Below, piece by piece: positions 50,644 through 63,627 of a stretch of 64,000 nt of DNA. The stretch covers positions 21,204,001 to 21,268,000 of the forward strand of contig OX597824.1 in the NCBI GenBank assembly GCA_951406725.2. The letters run 5' to 3'. How positions within the stretch are numbered: the first letter of the stretch is position 1; each line of letters starts with the position of its first letter. Source of the DNA: Octopus vulgaris. Its lineage: Eukaryota. Made by a program: the position numbers and the translations under genes. The notes under the pieces are model-generated. The model was not told where the DNA came from. It searched no databases and saw nothing but the letters and a program-made list of their open reading frames with translations.

Positions 50644-50907
50644 CTTAGACATGCCTGACTGGTGTCTGTGTCAGTGACATGTAAAAAGCACCAACCGATC
50701 CTGGCCGTTTACCAGCCTCCTCTGGCACGTAAAAAGCACCCACTACACTCACAGAGTAGTTGGCGTTAGGAAGGAAGGGCATCCAGTAAAAACCCTGCCA
50801 GATCAGACTGGAGCCTAGTGCAGCCTCCTGGCATCCTAGACCCCGGTTGAACCGTCTAGCCCATGCTAGTATGGAAAATGGACGTTAAACGATGATGATG
50901 ATGATGA
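50370..50907 (+). mobile_element. Two family C RTE 3' ends
   Basis: Both end in GACGTTAAAC plus (GAT)-type repeats. Confidence 0.8.
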
Positions 50908-51403
50908 ATCAATAAAATCTTCCCCATCCAAGCCTGTGAATTGGTGGAACCACGGCAGGATCAGACAATGTGGCTTGTTGAACTTGTTCAGGCTCATCGT
51001 ATTCTGGCAGCAACTCTTGAGTCGACAGTGATGTCAAGCTACATAGGACCACATAAGCAGCCTTTCCCTTGGATTAAATACCAGTGGCATAGAAAGAGAA
51101 GATTTGCATGCATGTGCATCTGCCAGTCACCCTCAGATTCTTGCTAAGGCCTGTGCATTGATGTTGCAGAAATATGGTCAACCCTGACTGATGTAAGCCC
51201 TGAACAATTTTAGTTATTTCTAAAATAATTGGTGCTGGTTTTTTTAAAATGAAAGAAACAGTATTCTATTTCATTATCTTGATTGTTTGTTGGTTTCACT
51301 CTTTGAACTGAAGGTGGTGCCTTATATATGGTGAACAGCCTTCTAAGGATTTTGTTAATCATATGGGCCCTAGTATTTACACCGGTCTGGTATTTATTTT
51401 GTT

Positions 51404-51746
51404 AAGGTGGCGAGCTGGCAGAAACGTTAGCACGCTCGGCGAAATGCGGAGCCGTATTTCATCTGCCATTACGTTCTGAGTTCAAATTCCGCTGAGGTCG
51501 ACTTTTACCTTTCATCCTATGTCTGTCCTTGTTTGTCCCCTCTTTGTTTAGCTCCTTGTGGGTAATAAAGAAATAGGTATTTCATCTGCCGCTACGTTCC
51601 GCCGAGGTTAACTTTGCCTTTCATCCTTTCAGGGTCGATAAATTAAGTACCAGTCACGCACTGGGGTCGATGTAATCGACTTAATCCATGTGTCTGTCCT
51701 TGTTTGTCCCCTCTGTGTTTAGCCCCTTGTGGGTAGTAAAGAAATA
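51404..51746 (+). mobile_element. SINE family A, two units with deletions and a 15-bp TSD
   Basis: GGTATTTATTTTGTT at 51389-51403 and 51747-51761. Confidence 0.88.
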
Positions 51747-52091
51747 GGTATTTATTTTGTTGATTTCAACTTCCAATTTATTTATCAGGTGGCCAAGTTT
51801 TTGTTGCAAAAGAACGTAACTTGTTGCACTTTTTTTTTTATCCATTATGCAAAAACACAGACATGCGGGATGTTCTGGATGCAGGTACGGCTGTGTGGTA
51901 AGAAGTTTGCTTCCCGACCACATGGTTCTGAGTTCAGTTTCACTGCATGGCACCTTGGGAAAGTGTCTTCTACTATATAGCCCCTAGTTGACTGAGGCCT
52001 TGTGAGTGGATCTGGTATGCAGAAACTTAAAGAAGCCCTACATATATGTGTATATATGTATGTGCATATATGTATGTGCGAGTGTGTATAT

Positions 52092-52233
52092 ACAAATCGA
52101 CCCAGGACTTATTCTTTGTAAGCCTAGTACTTATTCTATAGGTGTCTTTTACCTAACCACTAAGTTACGGGGACGTAAACACACCAACATTGGTGTCAAG
52201 TGATTGTGGGGGCAAACATAGACACACAAATAT

Positions 52234-52284
<51 letters not shown>

Positions 52285-52867
52285 ATGGGCTTCTTTCAGT
52301 TTCTGTCTACCAAATCCACTCCCAAGGCTTTGGTCTGCCCGAGGCTATAGTTGAAGACACTTGCTCAAGGTATCACGCAGTGGGACTGATCCCAGAACCA
52401 TATGGTTGTGAGGCAAGCTACTTACCACATAGCCACTCCTGAATCTGATAACATTTTTATAACAAATCATACCATTCCTATTAAGGGGGCCAAACATCAA
52501 CAATGTGTTCAAGTATTGAATCAAAAGGATCTAACCCTTTTAATCCAATCTCTTGTCACCTCATTAACTCGATTTTTTAGCGGGGAGGTAACCCAATTTT
52601 TTAATGGGGGTGAGATTACTAAAAAGTACCCAGTTTCTTTTTTTTACATACAAGCGTCTTTTGCATTGTCTTCCTCTACCAAATTCCACGCAGGAGTGGC
52701 TGTGTGGTAAGTAGCTTGTTTACCAACCTCATGGTTCCGGGTTCAGTCCCACTGCGTGGCATCTTGGGCAAGTGTCTTCTACTATAGCCTCGGGCTGACC
52801 AAAGCCTTGTGAGTGGATTTGGTAGACGGAAACTGAAAGAAGCCCGTCGTATATATGTATGTGTGTG

Positions 52868-52937
<70 letters not shown>

Positions 52938-53145
52938 TCTCCCTAGCATTGCTTGACAACCGATGCTGGTGTGTTTATGTCCCCGTCACTTAGCAGTTCA
53001 TCAAAAAGAGACCGATAGAATAAGTACTGGGCTTACAAAGAATAAGTCCTGGGGTCGATTTGCTCGACTAAAGGCGGTGCTCCAGTATGGTCGCAGTCAA
53101 ATGACTGAAACAAGAAAAAGAGTAAAGAGTAAAGAGAGTAAAAGA
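52092..53145. mobile_element. Head-to-head family B SINEs (52092-52440 -, 52688-53145 +)
   Basis: Family motifs on opposite strands. Confidence 0.85.
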
Positions 53146-53977
53146 TATTGGTGAATCTGGGGCTACAGTAGAAAACACTTGCTCAGAGATCCTCACCGTG
53201 GAATCGAAACGCAGAACCATGTGCGAACAAAACAGACTTCTTAACCACACACCTATGTCTGCTCTTGTCGTTGATAATTAAAGAAAAACATTTTATGTTC
53301 TCAGATTTCCCAGAACATGAAAGAGAAATCTGTGAACTACATAAAAAAAACCCGGCCCTTTTGCATTTTTTTGCTTCCCTGTGTTACTTATCTGGAATAA
53401 TGATAATAGTTTTGAATTATTTTCACACCAATGTTCACTTGTAATTGCCTAAGGGATGCTGTGTAAAGAACTGGCTAACTGATGTTACGTTTAGCGTTTA
53501 GGTTGTGGGAGTAGCAAGAATTAGCAGCTGGGATAAGTGTGTTTTATTCCTGAATAAGTATACCAAGACATGAAAGGGTAGTGACTGAACTAGAAGCAAA
53601 CTATTAAAAGGAAAAACGAAACAAAAAAAAAAAAAGAGACTGCTTTATGAAATATATAATAAATTCTGTAAGCATGGGGGGTGGGGAGCCCAAAAAACAA
53701 ACAAAGGTGAGGAGTACATATGGTAGAATATCAAAGTTGGAAAGATTGCAAATGTGTTGAAGTTTCGTATCCAGTTTGAATTTTTGATGCCGTTTTCAAG
53801 CAGGAATTTCAAAATACTACCGAATTGTAGACAACATGCTTTGCAGAAATGAAATTAATGCGTCTTGAGTTATTTTGCCTCTATTTAACCTGTTAAACCA
53901 TGTAAATATTATTTTTTCTTTTTCTCATTTTTTTTTTTTTGGTTTGTTTCACGATGTGATTAATGTTAAATGATAGT

Positions 53978-54640
53978 AAGGTGGTGAGATGGCAGAATCG
54001 GTAACACATTGGGAAAAAAATGCTTAGTGGCATTTTGTCTACCTTCATGTAGAAGGCGGCGAGCTGGCAGAAACGTTAGCACGCCGGGCGAAATGCTTAG
54101 TGGTATTTTGTCTGCCGCTACGTTCTGAGTTCAAATTCCGCCGAGGTCATCTTTGACTTTCATCCTTTCGGGGTCGATAAAACTAAGTACCAGTTACGCA
54201 CTGGGGTCGATGTAATCGATTTAATACCTATGTCTGTCCGTGTTTGTCCCCTCTGTGTTTAGCCCCTTGTGGGTAATAAAGAAATAGGTATTTCGTCTGC
54301 CGCTACGTTCTGAGTTCAAATTCCGCCGAGGTCGACTTTGCCTTTCATCCTTTCGGAGTCGATTAAATAAGTACCAGTTACGCACTGGGGTCAGTATAAT
54401 CAACTTAATCTGTTTGTTGTCCTTGTTTGTCCCCTCTGTATTTAGCCCCTTGTGGGTAGTAAAGAAATAGGCATTTTGTCCACCTTCATGTTTTGAGTTC
54501 AAATTTCACCAAGGTTGACTTTACTTTTCATACCTGTTGGGGGTTGATAAAATAAATACCAGTTGAGCACAGGAATCGATGCAACCCATTTGCCCTCCCC
54601 CCAGATTGTTGGCCTTGTGCCAAAATTTGAAACCAATATT
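53978..54640 (+). mobile_element. Young two-unit family A SINE (54051-54469) nested in an older related SINE
   Basis: 22-bp TSD GGCATTTTGTC(T/C)ACCTTCATGT at 54029-54050 and 54470-54491. Confidence 0.87.
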
Positions 54641-54884
54641 AAATTATCATCATCATCGTTTTGTCATTGTTTTTAATGTCTACTTTTCCATGCTTTCATC
54701 GTTCAGATTAAATTTGTTGAAGCAAATTTCCTACAAGTGGATGCTCTTCTTGTCATTTACCCCTCCACCTGTTTCCAAGCAAGGTAATATTTCTCTTAGT
54801 CAGTCAAACATGGACAGCACAATGGCCAGACATGTTTTTGTGGATGATTGCAACCAAATGAACCATTTGTATGCTGGTGACATT

Positions 54885-55272
54885 TACTCTTTTACTTGTT
54901 TCAGTCATTTGACTGAGGCCATGCTGGAGCACCACCTTTAGTTGAAGAAATCGAACCCAGGACTTATTCTTTGTAAGCCTAGTACTTATTCTATCGGTTC
55001 CGTTTGCCGAACCACTTAGTTACGGGGACGTAAACACACCAATATCACTTGTCAAGTGATGCTGGGGGACAAACACAGTCACACAAACATACACATACAC
55101 ACACACACATACACACACACACATATATATATACATATATACGACAGGCTTCTTTCAGTTTCTGTCTACCAAATCCACTCACAAGGCTTTGGTCGGCCCG
55201 AGGCTATAGTAGAAGACACTTGCCCAAGGTGCCATGCAGTGGGACTGAACCCAGAACCATGTGGTTGGTAAG
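54885..55272 (-). mobile_element. SINE family B
   Basis: Family motifs. Confidence 0.85.
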
Positions 55273-55759
55273 CCACTTCTGCGTCTATTTGTTTACAATT
55301 TGCATATATATGTCTGTGTATGTATGTATGTGTGTGTATATATATGTGTGTACATATACATTTACATACATATGTCACTGTATCAACCAGACTATTGGAT
55401 ATTGTTATACAACGCTTGTCACAATGCACTTCCTCTCATTGTTGTACCTTTCAAATGGTGCCACCCGGCTGGCTAGGTGGGCATGCTTATGGTGCATAAG
55501 TGACCGAGATCATGATGTTCTTCCCTAACTGTACCCCAGAACATAACAAGGTAATCCCTTTATAGTTGAGTAATGCCGTTTAAGAACAGCATTTTATTTT
55601 TATTGAGGCACAGTATGGTTGAATGATTGAGAAGTTCAGATTGCAACCATAAGGTCTTCGGTTTACTCTCAGTGCATAGCATCTTGGGCAAACGTTTTTC
55701 TTTTCTCTGTAGCCTTGGATCAACCGATTCCTTGTGAGTGAAACTGGGTAGACAGTGTG

Positions 55760-56132
55760 TGGAAGCACTCCGTCGGTTACGACGACGAGGGTTCCGGTTG
55801 ATCCGAATCAACGGAACAGCCTGCTCGTGAAATTAACGCGTAAGTGGCTGAGCACTCCACAGACACGTGTACCCTTAATGCAGTTCTCGGGGATATTCAG
55901 CGTGACACAGAGAGTGACAAGGCCGGCCCTTTGAAATACAGGTACAACAGAAACAGGAAGAAAGAGTGAGAGAAAGTTGTGGTGAAAGAGTACAGCAGAG
56001 ATCACCACCATCCCCTGCTGGAGCTTTAGGTGTTTTCGCTCAATAAACACTCACAACGCCCGGTCTGGGAATCGAAACCGCGATCCTATGACCGCGAGTC
56101 CGCTGCCCTAACCACTGGGCCATTGCGCCTCC
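55760..56132 (-). mobile_element. Full-length family D SINE
   Basis: Matches 7283-7670, with TSD GGTAGACAGT. Confidence 0.88.
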
Positions 56133-57295
56133 ATGGTAGACAGTAACTACATGGCATCAAGTGGATTGTATCTGTGTGTGATTCAAAAGGTACAACCATG
56201 TCACACATGCTGTGTTGCGCTGATTCTGTATCAGAATTTCATTAAGAGATCACATGTTAGTGGAATGTTTATTCAGGAGCAGGTAATTTTGCAGATCAAA
56301 TAACTGAATTCTCATCGCCAAATTATGGAGATCTGCCATTGCTATTTTGATATTTACTATAAAGATTTAAAAGTACTTTTGCCATTAAGAACTGATTTTT
56401 TTTCACCATATATATATATTTATATATAAAGTCTTTTACTTGAAATAGTCTATAAATTTGCATAAACTATTAAGAATTTTAATTTTCTTTTAATCTATTT
56501 CGGTAAAGTTTATAAATGTCAAGCAGATTCTTACATTGACTTCACATTCATTTTTGTTAAATCCATATTTCCAAGGAAGTTGGATCCAATAAATCAATAT
56601 ATCTGTCTCTTTGATAAAATTTTCTTGAAATAATAAGGAAATTAGGTGCTACCAGTTTGTTGACTTTTACCAGGTGCAATAATTTTCGTTTCATACGAGA
56701 AAGAAACTTTTATTTTTCAATCATCTTTTATTTTTCATCATCATTTATTGTCCATAATCCACGTTGGTATGGGTTGGACAGTTTGACAGGATCCAGTGTG
56801 TCCAAGAACTGCATCAAGATCCATCGTTTGTTTTGGCACGGGTCTTACAGCTGGATGCTCTTCTTAGTGCCAACCTCTTTACAGTATAGACTGGGCACTT
56901 TTTTGTGCCACTGGCACTATTGGGGGTCACCATGTAGTTCATAGGTCTACAAACCTTGGGGTAGGTGTATAGTGGGTTCAAACTTCATGCTAGGAGATGG
57001 CGTGGCAGAGCAGGTTTCTGCTGAGGGATGTGCATGGCTACTTACACCTAGTGGGGAAAAAGACAGTGAAGATTAAAAGGGTAGAAAACTACTTTTTTCG
57101 TGGTTTGAGTTTGGCAGCCCTCTCTAGCATATAAGGCGTCCTTTAAAGGGTCGCCTCTTTTGTGTATAGATATTATACACTTTTATATATATATATATAT
57201 ATACGTTAGAGACAGGTGTTCTCTATATAGAATATACTTCGAAGTGTTAACTGACTTGCCTAATTTGCTTGTCATTACAGTTACTCATACACACA

Positions 57296-57659
57296 CAGTG
57301 GTTAGGGCAGCGGACTCGCGGTCGTAGGATCGCGGTTTCAATTCCCAGACCGGGCGTTGTGAGTGTTTATTGAGCGAAAACACCTAAAGCTCCATGAGGC
57401 TCCGGCAGGGGATGGTAGTGATCCCTGCTGTACTCTTTCACCACAACGTTCTCTCACTCTTACTTCCTATTTCTGTTGTACCTGTATTTCAAAGGGCCGG
57501 TCTTGTCACTCTCTGTGTCATGCTGAATATCCCCGAGAACTACGTTAAGGGTACATGTGTCTGTGGAGTGCTCAGCCACTTACACGTTAATTTCATGAGC
57601 AGGCTGTTCCTTGATCGGATCAACCGGAACCCTCGTCGTCGTAATCGACGGAGTGCTTC

Positions 57660-57661
<2 letters not shown>
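57296..57661 (+). mobile_element. Family D SINE, slightly 5'-truncated
   Basis: Matches the other copies. Confidence 0.88.
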
Positions 57662-57701
<40 letters not shown>

Positions 57702-58289
57702 TATTAAATATTACAATACAATAGTATTATTTTCTAGTGAAATAAGGCACCGTTTATCCAGCATGGACTTAAATGATGATATATTTTGGTAATGCAGTGT
57801 AGTGAAGCAGTTCATTTTGCAGTCATGTGGTTCCAAGCTCGGTCCCACTGTGCGGCACCTTGAAGAAGTGTCTTATACTTTCAGATGAAGCCGATGTGTT
57901 GCTTGTGAATGAATCTAACAGACGGAAACTGTGTTAAGCCCATCATATGCATGTGTGTGTGTGTGTGTGTGTGTGTGACTGCTGTCGGATGACAGAAGAT
58001 TTTAAAAGAAAAAAGAAAAACAGAAATCTCAATGTATGTATGTCACCCTTACTAAGCTGTTCCTATGCCTCAGTCTAGGAAAACCTGGAAAGGTTATGGA
58101 CAATGTCCATTTTCTTCCTTATCTAACGAATGGAAATCGATAATAGTAAACATTACTAAAAAAAAAAACAAGAAAAAAAAATGCTGTTGGGGGTCGGAGT
58201 TGGGGGGGGGTGGGGGTGGGGGTGAAGGAATATCAAGACTTTATTAGCAGCATTTTATTTGCTTTTACTCCTCCCCCATCCTCTCACAG

Positions 58290-58304
58290 GTATGGATTAA
58301 ACAG
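58290..58304 (+). other. Candidate 15-nt microexon or recursive splice site
   Basis: TTTTACTCCTCCCCCATCCTCTCACAG|GTATGGATTAAACAG|GTAAGT: a strong acceptor and a perfect donor 15 nt apart, on the gene's strand. Confidence 0.55.
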
Positions 58305-58674
58305 GTAAGTAGATAATCAAACAGACTCAACCAACCTAAATCATCAGTGGAAAACGAAAAAAAAAATAATAATAATAATAAAAAATTAAAAAGAAAGAAA
58401 GAAGAAGCCAAAACAGAAAAGCAAACATGATGGTGATGATGATGATGATGATGACGATGGTGATAACCTTATGCTTTTATATTTTTTTTCTTTATATTTT
58501 TCTAAATATACTACTTAGCCCATTAGTTGGAGATAAAAATGTAAGATTTGTCTATTGATTGCTTGTTTAGGTTTAAGAGAGGGAGGGAAAAAAAAAAGAA
58601 AAAGAAAAGGAAACAGAATAATGCTCCTTTTAATTAAAAAAAAACCTAGTCTACTGCTTTAATGCTTTTTGATA

Positions 58675-59057
58675 TAACAACAACAACAACAACAACAATA
58701 ATAATGATAATAGTAGTAATAATAATGATAATAGTAGTAATATAATAATAATAATAATAATAGTAATAATAATGATAATAGTAGTAATATAATAATAATA
58801 ATATAATAATAATAATAGTAGTAATATAATAATAATACTAATAGTTATAATAATAATGATAATAATAATAATAATAATAATGATAATAGTAGTAATATAA
58901 TAATAATATAATAATAATAATAGTAATATAATAATAATATAATAATAATAATGATAATAATAATAATGATAAAATAATAATAATAATAATAGTTATAATA
59001 ATAATAATGATAAAATAATAATAATAATAATAATGATAAAATAATAATAATAATGAT
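58675..59057. repeat. (AAT)n-based array
   Basis: Directly visible. Confidence 0.95.
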
Positions 59058-59655
59058 GATGCCACTAGCCCAGGAAGAATATAAGAGACATCATGACAAC
59101 ATAGCAAGAATTGTCCATTGGACACTTTGCAACAAGTATGGACTTGACAGAGCAAAAAAGTGGTATGAATATAAACCCGAAGGCATCATCAAAAATGATA
59201 ATGCAAAGATCCTATGGGATTTTATGATTCAGTGCAACCATGTGATAGAGAATAGGAAGCCAGACATAGTGTTAATTGAGAAAGGAAACAAACTATGCTG
59301 GATCATAGATATAGCATGACCAGCTGACAACAAGGGATGCAATAAGGAAGAAAGAAAGTCGATAGATATGACAGGTTAGCTTGGGAAGTTAAGCAGTTGT
59401 GGTTGCTGATAAAAGTGGTAGTAGTACCAGCAATTGTCAGAGCTCTGGGAACAGTGAATGAAAATCTTGAGAAGTACACGGAACAAATAGGGGCTGCAAT
59501 AAGGGTGGAGCACTTGCAGAAAACAGCACTGCCTGTAACCACTTGAATATTCTGGATGTTGCTCGAAAAATAAGGGGGTGTTACCTTTATTCACTGGTAG
59601 TGAACAGCCAACACCCTAGTACGTCTCTCAGCATTAGAAGCTGTGCAAAGACAAT
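59058..59655 (+). mobile_element. Dong/R4-like non-LTR element 3' end (restriction-like endonuclease remnant)
   Basis: YKRHHDNIARIVHW...ILWDF...RKPDIVL...IIDIA...GTV...LQKTAL, with stops. Both flanks are (TAA)n, the known Dong-type target. Confidence 0.85.
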
Positions 59656-59687
59656 AAAATAATAATAATAATGGTAATAACAGTATA

Positions 59688-60413
59688 GGTGCAGGAGTGG
59701 CTGTGTGGTAAGTAGCTTGTTTACCAACCACATGGTTCCAGGTTCAGTCCCACTGCGTGGCACCTTGGGCAAGTGTCTTCTATTATAGCCTCGGGCCGAC
59801 CAAAGCCTTGTGAGTGGATTTGGTAGATGGAAACTGAAAGATGGCCATTGTTTATATGTATATATGTGTGTGTGTTTGTGTGTCTGTGTTTGTCCCACCA
59901 ACATCGCTTGACAACTGATGCTGGTGTGTTTACGTCCCCGTAACTTAGCGGTTTGGCAAAAGAAACCGATAGAATATAAGTACTAGGTTTACAAAGAATA
60001 AGTTCTGGGGTCGATTTGCTCGACTAAAGGCGCTGCTCCAGCATGGCCACAGTCACATGACTGAAACAAGTAAAAGAATTGCCTCTATACTTGAAATATT
60101 TAAATATTTTTTAATTGCATTTTTTAAACTGCATGGAGCTAAATGAATGGCGGTGTGATCGGATGCTGCTTTCAGTCCAATTCCAGTGTCCATTCTTTCT
60201 TTTTTCTTTTACTTGTTTCAGTCATTTTGACTGTGGCCATGCTGGAGTACCACCTGTAGTCGAACAAATCGACCCCCGGGACCTATTCTTTGAAATCCTG
60301 GTACTTATTCTCTATTGGTCTCATTTACCGAACCGCTAAGTTACGGGGCACGTAAACGCACCAACATCGGTTGTTAAGCGATGGTGGGGTGACAAACACA
60401 AACATATACATGC

Positions 60414-60444
<31 letters not shown>

Positions 60445-60501
60445 CATCATCATCATCATTGTTTAACGTCCATTTTCCATGCCGACATGGGTTGGACGTT
60501 T

Positions 60502-60536
<35 letters not shown>

Positions 60537-60695
60537 GATGGGCTTCATTCAGTTTCCCTCTACCAAATCCACTCACAAGACTTTCGTTGGCCTGAGACTA
60601 TAGTAGACACTTGCCCAAGGTGCCACGCAGTAGGACTGAACCCAGAACCATGTGTTTGGGAAGCAAGCTTTTTCCACACAGCCACTCCTATGCCT
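59688..60695. mobile_element. Tail-to-tail family B SINEs (59688-60078 +, 60200-60695 -)
   Basis: Family motifs on opposite strands. Confidence 0.85.
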
Positions 60696-61384
60696 ATTTT
60701 TACATCTCTGCATATTTGTTTAGCAATCAGGCTTATCAATGGTATCTAATCTAAGTGCGATACCTCAAATTTCGTGACAAGGGTCAATGAATTAAGATCA
60801 TTTCTTCACCCCATCACAGCGCTACTTGGGGGAATACTTTATTTTGCTGACCCTGGAAGGATGTAAAACAAGGCTGATGCTGGAGGGACTTGAACTCAGG
60901 GCGTAAAGAACTGGAACAAATACAGCAGGGTACCTCTTCTTCTGATGCTCTAAAAGTTTTCCCAGTTTTGTGTCTTACATAAAGTTTATTAATGAGAATA
61001 AACATGAATATAGAATGTGGTAATTAGTGGGATTATAAATTTGCATTTGGGTGTAGGTGTCTGTTAAGGTGTGTGTATACACACACACATCATCATTACC
61101 ATCATCATCATTGTTACTGTCATCATCATCATTTAGTCTGTTTTCCATGATGGCATACATACAAACAAACAAGCAAGTATGCATACATACAAACAAACAA
61201 GCAAGTACACACGGACACACAGACACACACTTCTAACCTTGGTGGTCTTTCTTTGGGCAGGTCCTGTGCATGTGAACATTCTCCAGCACTCCCTATACGA
61301 CCTGAGATAAATTATCCATAAATAATCCATACATTGCAGAAAAATATGTTAGCGGCCAGCCATTAGCATTATTACGTGTTTACT

Positions 61385-61609
61385 CTCTCTTTTCTCTTTT
61401 ACTTGTTTCAGTCATTTTGACTGCGGCCATGCTGGAGCACCGCCTTTAGTCGAGCAAATCGACCCCGGGACTTATTCTTTGTAAGCCCAGTGCTTATTCT
61501 ATCGGTCTCTTTTGCCGAACCGCTAAGTGACGGGGACGTAAAAACACACCAGCATCGGTTGTCAAGCAATGCTAGGGGGACAAACACAGACACACAAACA
61601 CACACACAC

Positions 61610-61656
<47 letters not shown>

Positions 61657-61820
61657 TACGACAGGCTTCTTTCAGTTTCCGTCTACCAAATCCACTCACA
61701 AGGCATTGGTCGGCCCGGGGCTGTAGCAGAAGACACTTGCCCAAGATGCCACGCAGTGGGACTGAACCCGGAACCATGTGGCTGGTTAGCAAGCTACTTA
61801 CCACACAGCCACTCCTGCGT
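61385..61820 (-). mobile_element. SINE family B, well preserved
   Basis: Complete head, microsatellite and tail. Confidence 0.88.
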
Positions 61821-62897
61821 TTGAGAATAAAAAATAATTTATTTCTGTATCTTTCAATACATCTCAACACTTCTAAAACAAACTTTGTTTACTTTCATCA
61901 TAAGTTGAATTTAATGTTTGCACCTCATGAAGCTAAATTTATTAGTTCTAAAATTGCGGAAGAATTCATTACTGGGCAGTTTAGCTTAAAGGTAAAGCAC
62001 TTGACACGTAATCACAGGGATGTGAGTTTGCGTCTTATGGCTGTCCGGTAACATATTTTTCTGCAATGTATGGATAATTTATCCTGATCATGCTATTTAT
62101 TAGCATTATTACATGTTTGAGAACAAAAAAATTTATTTCTGTATCTTTCAATACATCTCAACACTTCTAAAACAGACTTTGTTTATTTTCATTGTAATTA
62201 GAAATAGGTATGTCTATATCTTTCCCCATATCATTTTATTGTGCCCGCAGGCTGGTATATTTGTTTGTACGAAATATAGTAAATTTTTCAATTATAAAAT
62301 TTATACAATATTCATATGCCTATTTGCGACATAGGTCGTGCTTCCACTATGACTTAAAATGGTTAGACTCAAACAGAAATTCATTTGATAATTGCCATTT
62401 GAATGGAAATTTTGTTTTCACTATGAAACACATATTGCTAGGTTTGTACCACCCCCTTGAGACCCAATTACACTCTGGCTGAAAAATAAAGAATACCTCA
62501 TGAGTAATATAAATGTCCTAAATTCAATGGTGGCATTAATGAAGATGTTATGTGTTAATTTAATGTGTTAAACTTATCTTTATTAATGTATATCAAATTA
62601 TACATAGATATATACAAGGTTTACACAGAGTTGGAACTTGTGATACGCCCATGAACCTTTTTCTTTGGAAATTTTTACCTGCCGCACTAAAAAGTTTCCC
62701 CACCCCAGCCCAATATATATAAATTTTTTGAATGAAGTTCCTTGTGATGTTTGTTCTGCACCAAGTTACAAACACTTCCCTGTCACTTTCTCCATAACAA
62801 TAAATTCAATGAACCAATAATGGCCCTGTTTGGAAATTATATAACTAACAACACCATTGTTTACCGATTTGCAATATATAACAATATTATAAATAAA

Positions 62898-63288
62898 CTA
62901 GCAGTATCGCCCAGCGTTGCTTGGGTTTGTTTTGACCCTTTAGAATTGGAATTTTTGAAAAGTAAAAATTTTGCATTATCTAGCTTGTTATTCTCTTAAA
63001 TGAACATTTTTCTGGTTGAAATACACCAAAAAATGGCTGCACAGCAGTCAAAAAATTGTAAAAAATAGGGATTTTCATAGAAAAAATGCACCTTTTTGAT
63101 GTAAATAATTTTTGGTGTTAACATGGTCCGATTTGAATTTTTTCTTCTACAGAAGGAAGAGCAAGCCTTCTTCTATCATACTCTCAATTTTGGTCAACTT
63201 GCACCCCAGGGTCTCGGAGGAGATAGTGTTAGATGAAGGTTACCAAACCTGCCATACACAGACAACTTCAGCTTCATATATAGAGAGA
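62898..63288 (-). mobile_element. Non-autonomous Helitron-like element
   Basis: Minus strand: A|TCTCTCTATAT...CCCAAGCAACGCTGGGCGATACTGCTAG|T. Confidence 0.78.
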
Positions 63289-63627
63289 TATATATGAAAT
63301 AGTTCACCTATTTCATACATATATATTCCACAGAAATCTGTTGGTTTCACAAGTAAAAATTTCCTTTTGTAACCTTCAAGGATTTGTTTCCACTACCAAA
63401 ATATTATTTGGTTTATCTTCAGAATTCTAATTCTTCATTTCAAATTTAATCAAATGAATATGTCATATCTCATAGGCTTGTATTGTATATTTTTATTCAT
63501 GTCTTACTGGAGGCTCCTTAAGGGTTTTCGCTTCATGGAAAAATTTCAGAAAAGCAATGGAGGAATGGAGGGATATTAACTGTTTTGAATAAATATAACT
63601 GCTCTTACTTAGAAAAAAAGAAAAAAA

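Noticed and set aside
56660-56685. TTTTACCAG|GTGCAA as another recursive site
   Set aside because: Short pyrimidine tract and a poor donor. Expected by chance
58290-58304. Idea that A-to-I editing turns the microexon TAA into Trp
   Set aside because: It needs double editing, no local duplex is evident, and it would insert five residues into the Gly-rich loop
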